Under the pieces are notes generated by a model. It searched no databases. It had not been told where the DNA came from and saw only the letters and a list, made by a program, of their open reading frames with translations. A stretch of DNA of 63,796 bases, counting the filler, from Welwitschia mirabilis (lineage: Eukaryota), in assembly GCA_051453625.1 (NCBI GenBank). It is 6 parts of one record of this genome, joined end to end, with 100 filler letters (N's around TTAATTAATTAA, not from the genome) between each part and the next. Parts side by side here need not be neighbours in the genome. Positions count along the whole stretch, not along the records: positions 17,133 to 43,517 come from JBOZIK010000001.1; 5 more parts are not named here. One strand, given 5' to 3'. The translations under genes and the position numbers were made by a program. Below, piece by piece: positions 27,555 through 40,760 of the stretch; the first letter of the stretch is position 1, and each line of letters opens with the position of its first letter.

Positions 27555-29329
27555 TGTAGAAAATATTAGGAGATTTTATAGGATGAATCCACCTTTGGTG
27601 GATACGTATCCTTATTTTAAGAAANNNNNNNNNNAATGGCATAATGCTAAATATGGTAGATGTGTTTGTATAAATGTAATCCTTCTTAATAAAATTGTTT
27701 GAGCTGTTTTGAAAGAAAATCACAGACACTCCTTGGGATGTCTTCGAGATGACCAAGTATGCACTTGAGTTTACGAAGTGAGGCATCAAGCTTTTCCATG
27801 GACGATGTGTACTTGCATAAGTCCTCGGATTTTAGATGTCGAAGCTTCGAGTGTAATAGGCATGTCAATTGGCGATAATGCTCTCATAACTTTTGCATTT
27901 GCGTTGCTGTGCTACAAGATCCCACAACGTTCAGGCCTCTAACATGGAATCAGATAAACAAAGGCAATCATTTACCAATAAGATCAGTTAAAAGATGAGG
28001 GAGCACTCAAAGCGGAGATGAGGCATGCGCTTGCGACAATTTCTCAAAGTGGGTTGAAGCTTCAAGCATTGGCATCCATACAAACTAAGCTTCTGCGGAT
28101 TTTAGAAAATGATGAGGAAGTTAGAACCAAAAAGGTGGATGATAAAGGTTTGCTGAAAGCCCCTTCATCCCTCTTCAACTATAGTCGTTGTCAAAATCTG
28201 AGTTGCGTAAACTTTCAGTGGTCCCTAAGTCAAGAAGAAACAAACGCAGCAAATCTACTGAAAGAAGATACTGTGGCTGTGTTGCACTGGCTCTGTCACT
28301 ATTTCCTCACGAATATTAGCGTGATCTCACAAATAACAGAGTGATATCAGAGTGTTAGAAAGTCTAACGAACACGGAATTTTTTGCAAGGGGTTGGAATA
28401 AACTTTCAAAAGAGATAACCATGTGTATGAGACAATAATGCTTTTATTCATAAAACGACAATAATTTTATTTATTCATGGGGACATTGTGAGTTTTTCAA
28501 ATCATTAATTCATTTCTATTAAAATATATAATTGGTTTTCTTTTTTTTTTTAAGATATTTAGTGGGGTTACACTTTTCATTTAGAAAATGTTTTTAGATG
28601 GTGGTATGGGACACCATTTGTAAATCATTTTCTATATGCAAAAGTAAAAATTTCCACAAAGAAAAATAAGGTAAACATTTTATAAAAGCTAGGTTGGGGG
28701 CTTGTCCTAATCAAGTATACTAAAAATGTTTGAAGCTTAAGATTATTTCTCCTATCTCGATAGTCTCTGAATCATTGTCTCGAAGGTCCCAAGTTTGTCT
28801 TAAGATCGTTCCTCCTATCCAAGTAGTCTCCAGATCACTATCCCTAGTGNNNNNNNNNNNNNNNNNNNNNNNNNNNNNNNNNNNNNNNNNNNNNNNNNNN
28901 NNNNNNNNNNNNNNNNNNNNNNNNNNNNNNNNNNNNNNNNNNNNNNNNNCCCAATTTTGTCTTAAGATCGTTCCTCCTATCCAAGGAGTCTCCAGATCAC
29001 TATCCCTAGTGTCCTGAGTTTATCCCTCGTTGTCCCACTTTGTCCCTTATGTCTTATATATTTGGGAATTTAACATTAAGAGGGAATTTCTAGGAAATAT
29101 TAGGAGATTTTGTAGGGTAGATCCACCTCTAGTGGATACGTATTCTTATTTCAAGAAATAAGTTAATGGCATAATGCTAAATATGGTAGATCTGTTTGTA
29201 TAAATGTAACCTTTCTTAATAAAATTGTTTGAGCTATTTGAAAGAAAATCACAGACACTACCTGGGATGCCTTCAAAGGCTTTCAAACATGGGCTTGATT
29301 GATGTGTAGTGTATCCTTGAGATCCAACA
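27555..29329 (+). mobile_element. Short-LTR (TRIM-like) retroelement carrying a host-like sequence
   Basis: Direct repeats 27555-about 27747 and 29089-29329; outer termini TG and CA; PPT ttaagagggaat before 29089; TSD ACTAT (27550-27554) / ACTAC (29330-29334). Interrupts the gag-like frame of element E. Confidence 0.85.
27751..28344 (+). pseudogene. Captured gene fragment resembling an RNI-like/F-box leucine-rich-repeat protein
   Basis: One frame with 4 internal stops: CISPRILDV...IGDNALITFA...ALATISQSGLKLQAL...VDDKGLL...RCQNLSCVN. GC- and CpG-rich relative to its flanks. Family call is by motif resemblance only. Confidence 0.5.
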
Positions 29330-30169
29330 ACTACTACCCAAATAATTGAGACACTTAACCAACAAGAAGAAGAGGAGTTTTTCACATTCCTAGACCCTAA
29401 TCCTAGGAATATTGAAAGGAGTAATGATAGTTAAATCAACGAATCCCAAGCCACACTCTTTAAGAATGACAAAAAAACTAATAAGAATCTATTAGAGGAT
29501 GAGAAATCAATTGACAAAAGTCAATCCTTTGAGGAAAGTTATACACTTTATGAGAATCATATATTTGAGAATAAGTCTTTTAGCAACTCTTGTAAGAAGG
29601 AGAATATCAAAGAAAAACCTACACATGATCCATTATACAAAGAGTCCTTGCCTTCTTTTCAATACTTTCTTGAGTAAAATGTTTCCATATCATCTTTATC
29701 TCTTGAGAAAGATTCAACCTTAATGTAGACTATAAACCTTCCTTTAAGAAATAACAAATTTGTAATGATCTTATGCATACTTCTCTTGATGAGAACTAGT
29801 TTTGTCTAGTGGCTAACTACTTATTTTTGTCTTTACCTCAAAATGACACCTTGCAAGATTTGTTAAGAAAGTATGAGCTAGTTATAGAATGGACATTTTT
29901 ACGCCTTGAATGCATAGACTTTCCTATTTACATTGATATTTTTTCTAACTTAATAGGAGTATGTGTAAATATTTACATGGATTGCCCCCTATTTCATTAT
30001 CCATCATCCAATCATAGCCTTCATATTCTTAAACTTCATATCTTTCATACCTGTAAGCCTTCACCCATGCATTACACTAGAAAACCCTACTATGAAGAAA
30101 GTTTAATTCTATTGCATGGTTTTAAACTAGATTTCTCTTTTAAATTAGACTTAGGATGGGTAAGTTCAT

Positions 30170-31400
30170 TGTTACAGTGCATATTTGTGCATTCCTTAAG
30201 TCCTTAGGCAAAATCTTGTTGATCACAGATATCTGCACAAAACACATGGTAGTATATATGGGATTCAATCCAAATGTCATTATTCATTGAAGGCATTAGA
30301 CTCAAAGTTAGAGAATTGATTTTAACAAAGTACTTTTGTTCTTTTTCTATTTAAATAAATGAAATAAAATAATGCAAAATACAATGCAAGATGAATGCAA
30401 ATGCAATGCTTATAAATGAGATGCAAATGGAAAATACCCTAAGTAATAGATTTATTTAACTATCAACATTTGTCATCAAGATCGATATAACCTAAACAAA
30501 TTAGGAAATATTACCACTAAACCCTAATCAACATAGATGATGAGGCACATTGAACAAAATATAANNNNNNNNNNNNNNNNNNNNNNNNNNNNNNNNNNNN
30601 NNNNNNNNNNNNNNNNNNNNNNNNNNNNNNNNNNNNNNNNNNNNNNNNNNNNNNNNNNNNNNNNCAACCCATCAAAGGTTGTCCTTATGACCTATATTAA
30701 CTATAAAGTTACCACAAAATTATAACCAACATAAACTATAAGGGAGATGCACATAATGGAAATAAAGAAAAGTAACTATTTCATTAATCTCAAATTAAGC
30801 ATTTACTTACAAATTACTAGCACCTTAATGGAGGATACATAGCCCAACACTAAGGAAGACTTCTCTTTGTAGCTACGAATGGATATCCTACCCTTCGATC
30901 TATTGTCACATGACTTTAAAGTGTAAAAGATCCTTAGAAATGAGGGCAAGGGAGTATTTATTTATTTTTACATAGAAGTTTCTAAAAATAAAAAAGCCCT
31001 AACGGCTTGGACAAAATCCTAACAACTCAGAGGGGCACATGGCATCATTACAAAATTAGATTTGTTATTACTTAGAAATGTCTGTCATCGTGACTATCAT
31101 TCAAGAGATGAGAGGGATGATGCTACATTATAAAAGATGACATTAGCTTTCAGTTTTAATCCAAGTTGGCATCCTTGTCAGCTCCTAATATGCTATTGTT
31201 TAGTGCTGTCATTTGGATGACTAAGAAGACATCACCCTTTTCCATTCTCAAATTAAGTGAAATCGACTTCTTGGATCATTAGGATTCTTCTCAAAATGAT
31301 AAATGCCATAATTTTCTCCAAATGTCTTCAAATGTACTAAGGATTGCATGTTTCCATGATAATCTCATTAGTTCCCCATAATCATTGAAATTTGAGTTTG
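30170..31400 (-). repeat. Truncated Athila-like LTR
   Basis: Starts tgttacagtgcatatttgtgc like 7431 and 59380; shares the caccttaatggaggatacatagcccaacactaagg block; lacks the far terminus. Confidence 0.75.
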
Positions 31401-31611
31401 TTCTTTTTATGAATATAGTTTTATCAATTTATCTCTAATGAATTCATTAGCTACAAAAAAAGGGATAAGTTTTTCATACATGATCTAATTGCTTGTTTAA
31501 CTACATAAATAAGTTCATTTAAGGTTCCATTTAAAAAAGCACTTTTATATCCATTTAATAAATCTTGAAATTATAGTAGTAAGATAAGCTAAGAAAAATG
31601 CAAATACATTC
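31400..31611 (-). pseudogene. Ty1/copia RT fragment
   Basis: Minus strand FKIY*MDIKSAFLNGTLNELIYV. Confidence 0.8.
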
Positions 31612-33108
31612 TTAAGGATCATTGAACTCAAAGGGAAGGAGTGAATGAGTTCTACCAAAAATAATTTTAACCAAAAACAAATTAAAACTATACAATGAAT
31701 ACCTTACTCAATTAACGTGGTTTCCCAACCTAGGTATGTTCACATATGAAAGGTAGCTTTCTCTTACACCTCTGAATACTCTTGACCTAAAAAAAATAGT
31801 GGTTTTAGAACACCAATAATCTTACATATAATAGAGATATTCCTCTCAAGATAGTACTCTTATTCCCTTAGGAATATTCAAAAGACAATAACAAAAATGT
31901 GCTCACAAGAACTAATAGAAGTTGAGATGCTCTTCTAAAGGTGGAACTCTCTTCCTTTAGGGATATCGAATAAATCAAAACCTAAATGTGCTCACAAGAA
32001 CTCATAGAAGCACACCCATATAAGGGTTACCTTACAATATGGAATCCTAGCATGGGATACTAAGATTTGATAGAAGAAATGGACTATAATAAGAGTACGC
32101 AAAAATTTGATAGTCCTACAATGTAACTTCCAATAAACAAAGATCACAAATGAAATAACAAGCCTAAAGCAATGGGTATTTGATAAAAGATTTAGTTCTT
32201 TCTTGTTGTTGTCACTTAGGAGTGCTAAAGGTTGGAACGGTGTAGCTTTATAGGAGCTAATGATCAAATGATATAGTCACTTGATAGTCCCTTGTAAAAG
32301 ATAGCTTGAATGCTTTATGAATAGAATCAATTACCCATGCATTTTTTTGCATTGTCAAAACCTCATTTCTTCTCTCTTTGTGTCTTTATATTTTTGATGT
32401 TGTTCTAACTGTTTTCTTAGAGAGATAGAAATTTAAAGACATGTAATCACCATAAAATAGATAGAAATAGCTAAGAAATAGGTGCACAATGGCTATTTTA
32501 GTTTTCTGCAAACTTTGGGATTGACATCTTCAAGATGGTATATGTTCGGTAGACATCTTTAACATGGGAGACATCTTCAGCCAAACTGCCCAAATTTTGA
32601 TGAAACTCAAACTAAAGTTTCTCTAACCCTTAATAATCATGAATCCAAAATGTAAATCCTTATTTTTTTCTTAAGATATAAATAATTTTTCAAAATGCCT
32701 TTGGTCTCTATTTCTTGTTCCAGTTTAGTATAGATGTTTTCAACTATGTGGACATTTTCCAATAGTCAAAGTAGTATAGATGTCTTTAATTTGATAGATG
32801 TCTTTCATCTATCTTAGGTCATGAATTCAACATAGACATATTTGAGTAGTAGATGTCTTTATCATAGATATCTTCAAATGTTTAGATATCTTTCCCACAA
32901 ACATCTTTAATTATGTAGACGTCTTCAGTTAGTTAGTTGTGATTTGATAGTTATAAAAATCTAAGCTAAACTTTTTTTGTACTATCAACTTTAAGGTCTA
33001 ACTTGGATTGATGCTTTTCATGATCTACTTTTCTCTAATTTGACCTATCTGCATAATATTACAATGTATTTGATAAGTGGAATCATCAAAACTAGATTTT
33101 TACTAATG
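31612..33108 (-). repeat. 3' LTR of the SIRE-type element
   Basis: Bounded by PPT aaaaaaggaggagat; gttttgatgat near its start; aagggaaggagtgaat (plus strand) near 31630; palindrome array at 32520-32930. Confidence 0.75.
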
Positions 33109-33609
33109 ATCTCCTCCTTTTTTATGATGTCCAAAACTTGATAAATCTCATTAGTGTAATCATATTGTATTAATTACATTAAAATAGTTTAATTTGAGTA
33201 TTGCATAGGACATAATGTAAATATTAACCATTTTAAAAATATAATCATACTCATAAATATGTAAAGCAGTAAGTGAAAAAGGCACATAAGCATTAAATAA
33301 TTGCATATAAGAAAATAATAATAGCCAATTAACTGATCATGATATTTCCTAATAACAGTAAATAATAATAGTGTGTCAATAGTAATAAATAATAATAGAT
33401 AATGTTAGAGTATGAAATGTGTGCCTAATAAGAGTAAAAATAACAGATAATATGAGATGTATTCCAATAACAAAAGTGATCATCAATAGTAATGTCACTC
33501 ATAGGGAATCTGATCTATCTAACTCATGATCATATTTCTTAAGTTCAAATAGGATGTCTAATCTGATTTGTCTATCTTCTCCCCCTTTTTAGATAGCAAA
33601 AGAAGCTAA

Positions 33610-35255
33610 TCACTTAGTACTGAGTGATTAGTATATCATGTGCCTTCTTCTACATGATTGCTATCATCATCACCATCCTTAGTGATGGATGTCTAAATAG
33701 TATAGGAAGAGTAAGATATGGAGAGAAGAGTTTGTTACTTCCTAGATGGCTACTGAGATATTTTCCTAGGGCCCTGAAAGGCTTGTCTTCTCATACATGA
33801 ATATGTCTAAGAACTAATGAAATTCCAAAAAAGCTAGCAGTGGTGGTATCAATGAAAGATGGTGGTGTAGTTATGGCAAGAGGTGGAACATGGATTAGTT
33901 CTATAAAAGGTGGTCGTCAAGATGGAATGTAAGGTGGTGATGATGGATTAGATGATTATGGAGGCTATGTGGGATATCAAATCAGTAATTTATGATGAGG
34001 CATGTGAAAGATGAGGGGCTAAATATTGAATCTTTCTAACTCTCTCTCTTGCTTCTCCTATGATGGTATCGGAACTTGGTGCTCCTCTTGTACCTATGCC
34101 TTCTATCTTGTACACTCTCAAGAATTAGTATCTACTATTCTATCTGAGTTATATTCTCTACCATGTGGAATTGAAGGTGTTCTTCCTCTGATTTCTTCTC
34201 AAAATCTATTTAAATGAGAGTCCCCATGGATTCCCAACTACTTATATGTGTCTCTCTTCACTAGCTATGGATCAGTGCTTCTTCAACCTTAGCAAGTTAC
34301 ATCTAATCTTAACTACCATCTTTGCAATGTCCCTTAGGTCCTTATTTATAGATGATGAACTATAAGATGCTATAGATTAAGATTATTAAAATTATGATTT
34401 AGATGATATTCTACTTGTGCATTTACTAGGTGGAACAGGTATTCATTATTTCTTACTAAATTCTGAAAGTGATTTCCTTGGATAAATGAGATTTACTTAT
34501 GGTACTGAAATATTAACACTGTAAATAATAAAACTAATTAAGTAAGGGTAACCCAAAGTTTGACTCTTCTAAAGTAGAGTAATAACATCCATGCATAAAA
34601 TAAACCTAGATCAATCTTCATCCCCATAAATAGACAATAAATGATAAACATCTGTATGGGGGTTGCAATAGCTATAGCTATCATTTTGAACAAGTATGTT
34701 ATAGAATGTGATCAAACCTAAAATAGATGCATCTCAAACCATATCCTTACATTCTATATTCTTATAAAAGTTCATTCTAAAATGCTCAAAAAGTATATTT
34801 CTAATTAAATGTCATGAAACATTAACAGAGTGAAATGAGTATATCTTTAAATAAATGTACATATAATTATGCGAGCTCTAAATCATTACTACCAAGCATA
34901 TAATTCATAATCCTAGGTGTGAGAAATAAATATGTATGTCATACTTGCATTTGAAATATTCTAGTGTTGTCATCAATCTCATGTATGTTGGCATAAAACT
35001 CTCTGACAATAGGGTCTAGAATGGCCTGGTCTAGTTAAACAACCATGCTCATCCAAAAAGTGAAAAATATGTAAGTAACTAATCTTTTCTCTTCTTCTAA
35101 GAATCAAGAGTCCATTTTGCAATAGCTAAGTTTCTTGTCTAGGTTTTGAACCATTTGGCAGTAGACTCATGATAAAATTGAGGCTCATATTATGATCTGT
35201 AAGATTTTGTGATTGGTTCTTTGTCTTTAGAGGTACTAAAGAGTTTCATCCTCAT
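33610..35255 (-). pseudogene. Decayed accessory (env-like) ORF of the SIRE-type element
   Basis: Lies between the pol end and the PPTs; reads ATPIQMFIIYCLFMGMKIDLGLF and LGYPYLIS, followed by a Pro/Ser-rich tail. Confidence 0.7.
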
Positions 35256-35986
35256 CTTTTTTGAATAATATATAAAATAACTAAAATGTAAAAGAATCAA
35301 TGAAAATAAGCATCTGNNNNNNNNNNNNNNNNNNNNNNNNNNNNNNNNNNNNNNNNNNNNNNNNNNNNNNNNNNNNNNNNNNNNNNNNNNNNNNNNNNNN
35401 NNNNNNNNNNNNNNNNATATATAAAATAACTAAAATGTAAAAGAATCAATGAAAATAAGCATCTATAAGAGAAAATGATACCTATTGTGCTGGCTATGGA
35501 GATTTCTATCAAATTCAAGACGTCTTTGCTAAGATATCTAAGAAAAATAAGCTAGAAAAGAGAACTTAGTTGTTTGTGCATTTTTTATTTTCATAATAGT
35601 TCTTAAAAGAATCTACCAGATGAAAGACATCTAGAATGATAATTATAGATGTCAAAGAAGTCTACATTTTCAAAGACATCTATTTTGAAAAAAAAAAAGT
35701 ACCTAACCTTTAAAGATGTCTGAACCTAAAGGCATCTTCTTAATAGATTTCTACAAAAGTGAAGATGTCTCCTTGATAGACCTATTCAAAACTAAATATG
35801 TCTTCCGTGAAAGATCAAAAAACTTTGAAAGTTTTTGTAAATAATATTATGATAATAATATTACATTGAAAACATAAATTAACATGCATAGAATTTATTA
35901 TTCTAGCATATAACTATAATCTCACCTCATAGAATATCATAGAATGAAGTTGAGATTTTTAGAGCTATTACCTGATGAATTACTTG

Positions 35987-38900
35987 ATTAGGCAAGGCCC
36001 AATCCCTAAGTTCCTACATAATTTAGTAAACCTGTTACCACTTAGTAGTTTAGTGAAGACATCAGTGAGTTGATCATTGATATTAATATATTACATCATG
36101 ATGTCCTTGTTTTGAACATGCTATCTAAGAAAATGATGCTTGATCTTGATATTTTTGGTTTTTGAATGTTGTATTGGATTCTTTGAGATATTGCTAGCAC
36201 TTTTGTTGTTATAAAAGATGGGAATACTTTCCAAGAATGGTCCAAAATCTTTTAATGTTCCTTTCTTCAAAGCAACTATGCATAATAACTCTTAGTAGTA
36301 ATATATTTAGCCTCAACATCTTAGAGAGTAGTTAATTTTTGATTTTTGCTAATCCAATATTTTAGACATTGTCTAAGTAAGAAGTAGGTTTCACTTGTGC
36401 TTCTTCTATCATCTTTGCATCCTAACTAATCCACATCAAAATACCTAATTAAATTAAGGAAAGAAATCTTTGGATATCAAAGGCCCTAATTAGTAGTAAA
36501 GATGTGATTCTATAGGGTTACTTTGATAATGACCACAAATCCCTACACTTAAAATGATTTAAATATACTAATAGCAAGATACAATAAACTATCAATCATA
36601 CTTCTGCACAGCTTATACTCAATCTTCTTGTCATGCTCATTTTTATTTTCTTTTTTGCTTCAATTCATTGGGATATCTTTAGCTTTGCAAATCTATAAAT
36701 CATACTTAACTAGAAAACTTTTAATATATTTAGTTTGAAAAATAAATGTGACTTATTTATGTTGCATAACTTATATCCTTAAGAAGTTTCTCATCTCTTC
36801 CATGAGATTCACTTCAAACTCATCTTGCATTATCTTAGCAAACTGTTACATAATAATTTATAAGTAGCTTCAAAAATAATATCATCTACATAGATTTGTG
36901 TAATAGTAAAATTCTTACCATGCTTCTTAATAAATGATGTAACATCAACTATATCTCTTTTAAATCTATTTTCTAGTAGATGGCCTAATAATTTCTCATA
37001 CCAAGCTCTAGATGCTCATTTAAGATCATAAAGAGCCTTTTTTAATTTGTAGATATAGTATAATTTATGAGAATTTNNNNNNNNNNATATTCTAGTTGCT
37101 TATCATATACTTCCTCTTAAAGTACTCCATTTAAAAAGGCATTTTTAACATCCATTTGATAGAGTTTGGATATTTTGATATAAAAAATTACTAAAAGCAT
37201 TCTTATTGATTCCATATGTTCTACTATTACAAGGGTTTCTTTAAATTCTATGCCTCTTTGTTGATTGTATCCTTTGACTACTAAATTTTCTTTATCTTTT
37301 ATAAGATTATCATTCTTATTTGTTTTGTTTCTAAAAATTCACTTTCTATCAAATAATAGATTTATTGGATGATCTTAAAGTGAGTTCTCAAACATTACAT
37401 CCTTTAAACTGATTAATCTCCTCTTGCATTGCTAGCCTTCAATATTCATTAGTCTTTATTGCATTGAAACTTTTGAATTCTACATATGGGATATATGACG
37501 CAAATNNNNNNNNNNNNNNNNNNTGGCTTGAATTTTAAACACCAACATAAGGACTACCTATTATATTATTTATAGAGTGATTTATCTTTGGTTTCATCAT
37601 GTTTGAAGGATTTTCTTTGTCTATTTCTTCTTCTTTCTTCTCCTTACTATCTGATTAAATTTGAAGATGTCTAGACAATGGATCAATCTATATAGAAATA
37701 TAGTCATCTTGCACACAAATAGAAGTTGAGTCAGTACCATTTATTTTAACATNNNNNNNNNNNNNNNNNNNNNNNNNNNNNNNNNNNNNNNNNNNNNNNN
37801 NNNNNNNNNNNNNNNNNNNNNNNNNNNNNNNNNNNNNNNNNNNNNNNNNNNNTTTAACATTTATGGTTTTCTCTGCTACATGAGTTCTATTGTTGAACAC
37901 TCAGTAGGCTTTACTGGCCATGTAATATACTAGAAAAATGCCATTATCAACTTTGAAATCAATGTTTCCTAGCTCATCCTTTTCATTTAAGATGAAACAT
38001 TTTGATCCAAATATATGAAAATAACTTACAGATGCTTTCTTACAAGATCATAGTTCATATTATGCTTTGGAAATAAAATGTCATATCAAAACTCAATTGG
38101 AAATGTAACATGTAGTGTTAATAGTTTATGCCCCAAAATGATAAGAAACATGTTTATCATGCATCATTGTTCTTCCCATTTCATTTAGAACTTTGTTCGT
38201 TATTTCAGCCACTCCATTTTATTATGGAGTTATTAGTGCAAAGGATTGGTGGAGAATGTCAAACTATTTACAAATATCTCTAAACTTTGCATTTTTAAGT
38301 TAATTACCATTATCACTTCTTATTATCTTCATCTTGTACCCCTTTTGGTTTTGTAACCTAATACATAACTTAGAGAAAACATTAAATGTCTCATCCTTAT
38401 ATGTAAGGAAGGATACTCATGTAAAATGAGAATAGTCATCAATAATAGTTAGATAACACCTTTTCTTATTAAGACTTTTTGTAGGAGATGGACCAATAAA
38501 GGAAATTCAGTTATGATAATGTTTTTCTTACTAAATTTTACCCTTTTGCGCTTTTTTTTTTTGGGATGCCTCATAAACCTAATTATCAATGGTTTACAAC
38601 TTAGGAAGTCCTCTTATCATTTCTTTCTTAGACAATACTTTTAGCAAGTCTTTATTTACATGTCTAAACTTTATATCATAGCTTTGTTTTACTTGTAGTA
38701 CTTAATAAACACTTGGTTCTTTCATAAGAAATATTTTATAGAGTAGTGATATACATATTCAATTTTCTAATACTAGTAAATAAGACTTTGTTTGGTTATG
38801 TTCTTTAATAACATAATCATCTTTAGTAAATGTAATAGAAAAGTTTACATTGCATAATTGATTAACACTTAATCGATTATAGTGTAATCTTTCTACAAAA

Positions 38901-40760
38901 AAAAAAAAAAACATCATTTACCTTAAGTAGGCTACTCCTCCAATGGCCTCAATACCTCTAATAGGTCCCTCTGTATTGTATTTAAAGGTGACCACTTATT
39001 TTTCTTATTCTACCAAAGTGGTAAAGCTAGATTCATCTCCATTCATATGTTTTGAACATCTGTCATTAATATACCAGGCATGTTTCTTTATTTCTCATAG
39101 TGCAATATGAGATAAAAGAGTAGGTCTTGATTTTGGAATTCATATCTTCTTTAGTTTATCCTGCACAAAATTTTATATCATACTTCTTAATATTTTGACA
39201 TTATTAGTGTAATATATGGTTTTGAATTTTATTATATAATTAACTTGATAATAACATTATTTATAATAGTAATAATAGATAATATTATTTGTATATAATA
39301 AATGCTTATACCTTAATTTGTAGTTCCATTTATTAAACAAGGAAGTTGAAGTACTAGTGAAGGTTTCATTGTGATCCAAACCACTTTTGCTGTTTGGGCT
39401 TTTACATTATATAAGCATGATGTTTAATGCCTCCTTTCCTTTGGCAAACTTCTTATTAATTCCTTTTAAGTTAGAACTCATCCATTAGTTTACTAATCTT
39501 AGATTTAACAGCTAAGTTTTTAGATGATAACCTATTGCAAGAACTTTTTTTTTAATTTATATGCTAATTCATATGAATGAATTAACCTTCTCATTTTAGC
39601 ATATGCCTTTAGAACTTAATGAATTATTTAGAAATTAAATCATACTTATCTTAAAGATTCATATCTATTTCATCTTCATTGTCTAATTTAAATTCTTCTT
39701 TCTTTCATTACTTTCCTTTTGGATATGTACAATGTCCATGTAAGATGGCTGAGCTTTTTCATCATTTGATGTTTCTGCTTTAGTTGTATCCTCTTTATCA
39801 TTCTATCCTATGAAGAAAGATCTCTTTTCCTTAGGGTCTTTTGTTTGTGCTTTTACCTACCATCTATTAGAGCTAGGATATTCTAAGGCTATTGTTCTCA
39901 TCCTCACAAACCTAACATTTTAACTTGGAAATGTAAAACTTAGAAGAAAATAAAGAACTACTAGAAGTTGTACATTTGGACTTATCTCTAGCTTGAAATC
40001 CAGATGATTTTCGATAGTTCTTCTTTTTGTTACTCTTTTATGAAAGATACCTTCTGACTCATCATGAGATGAGGGAAAGTTCTTCATTCACATCATTTTT
40101 AGAGTCATCTTTACTTGATCCTTCTTTTGTTTTTCCTTTTGAAACTTATCTTGTACTTTCACTAGGTCTAAGTTCTTTTAAAGTTAGAATCTTGAATGAG
40201 ATTCATCTCACATGCCATTAGAGCACTTTGTAATTACTTAACCTTCATTGAGTTGAAATCTCTTGATTCTTCCATGGTAGTTGTCTTAGGCTTGTATTCT
40301 AGTGTTTTGGATTAGCGTAGCCTTAAGAAGATTTTTACAAATGTCACGTATAGCATATACTATGTTGAAAACTCTTATAAAGTATTCATGTATTCTTTCT
40401 CTACTGTTCATCTTCAGATTTGTGAACTTATTTGTCTAGACAAGCATCTTTGATTACTTGAAAACAACGGTTCCTTCATATGTTCCTACTAGAACATTTC
40501 ATATTTCTTATGCAATTTTTAATTCAACTAATCTATTCAATTCCTCCATTATAAGGGCTAAGTATAGTGCATTCTTCACTTTTGAGTCATACATGAAGAT
40601 TACCTTTTCTTTGTCTTTTCAATTCCTTCTAGGCTTGATGTGTGTAACGAAATTCCTTGTAACATCTATTATGGTTTTTATGGATTCTAAGTATCCATCT
40701 TCAATGCTCTACCAAACCTAAAACTCAAAAAACTATATGTCATATCCCATGTTTTGTAAA
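35987..40760 (-). pseudogene. Decayed copia gag-pol polyprotein
   Basis: gag VW*SIEDGY near 40710; protease WYINDRCSKHMNGD near 39050; integrase IIDDYSHFT and IRSDNG at 38300-38450; RT YQMDVKNAFLNG near 37140; RNase H NISKNPIQHSKTKNIKIKHHFLR near 36150. Confidence 0.92.

Larger units (their letters stand above)
18764..30169 (+). mobile_element. Element E: gypsy-type element with an interrupted LTR (18764-19400 + 25617-about 25895), a decayed gag-like interior and no pol seen
   Basis: TATA cctataaatacc near 18843; PBS-like tttttagcatcattataaaagagagtggc near 25897-25925. Gag-like ENALNKFMEAQ (27430) and TQIIETLNQQEEEEF...DPNPR (29335) lie either side of a nested insertion. Confidence 0.55.

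Noticed and set aside
27541-27868. Minus-strand ORFs 27541-27789, 27686-27868 and the similar 29146-29385 as paralogous genes
   Set aside because: Their similarity comes from antisense reading of the two short LTRs.
29089-29329. Cassandra TRIM with 5S rRNA-derived LTR
   Set aside because: No 5S A/C box similarity recognised; only a short atccac...gtggat hairpin.
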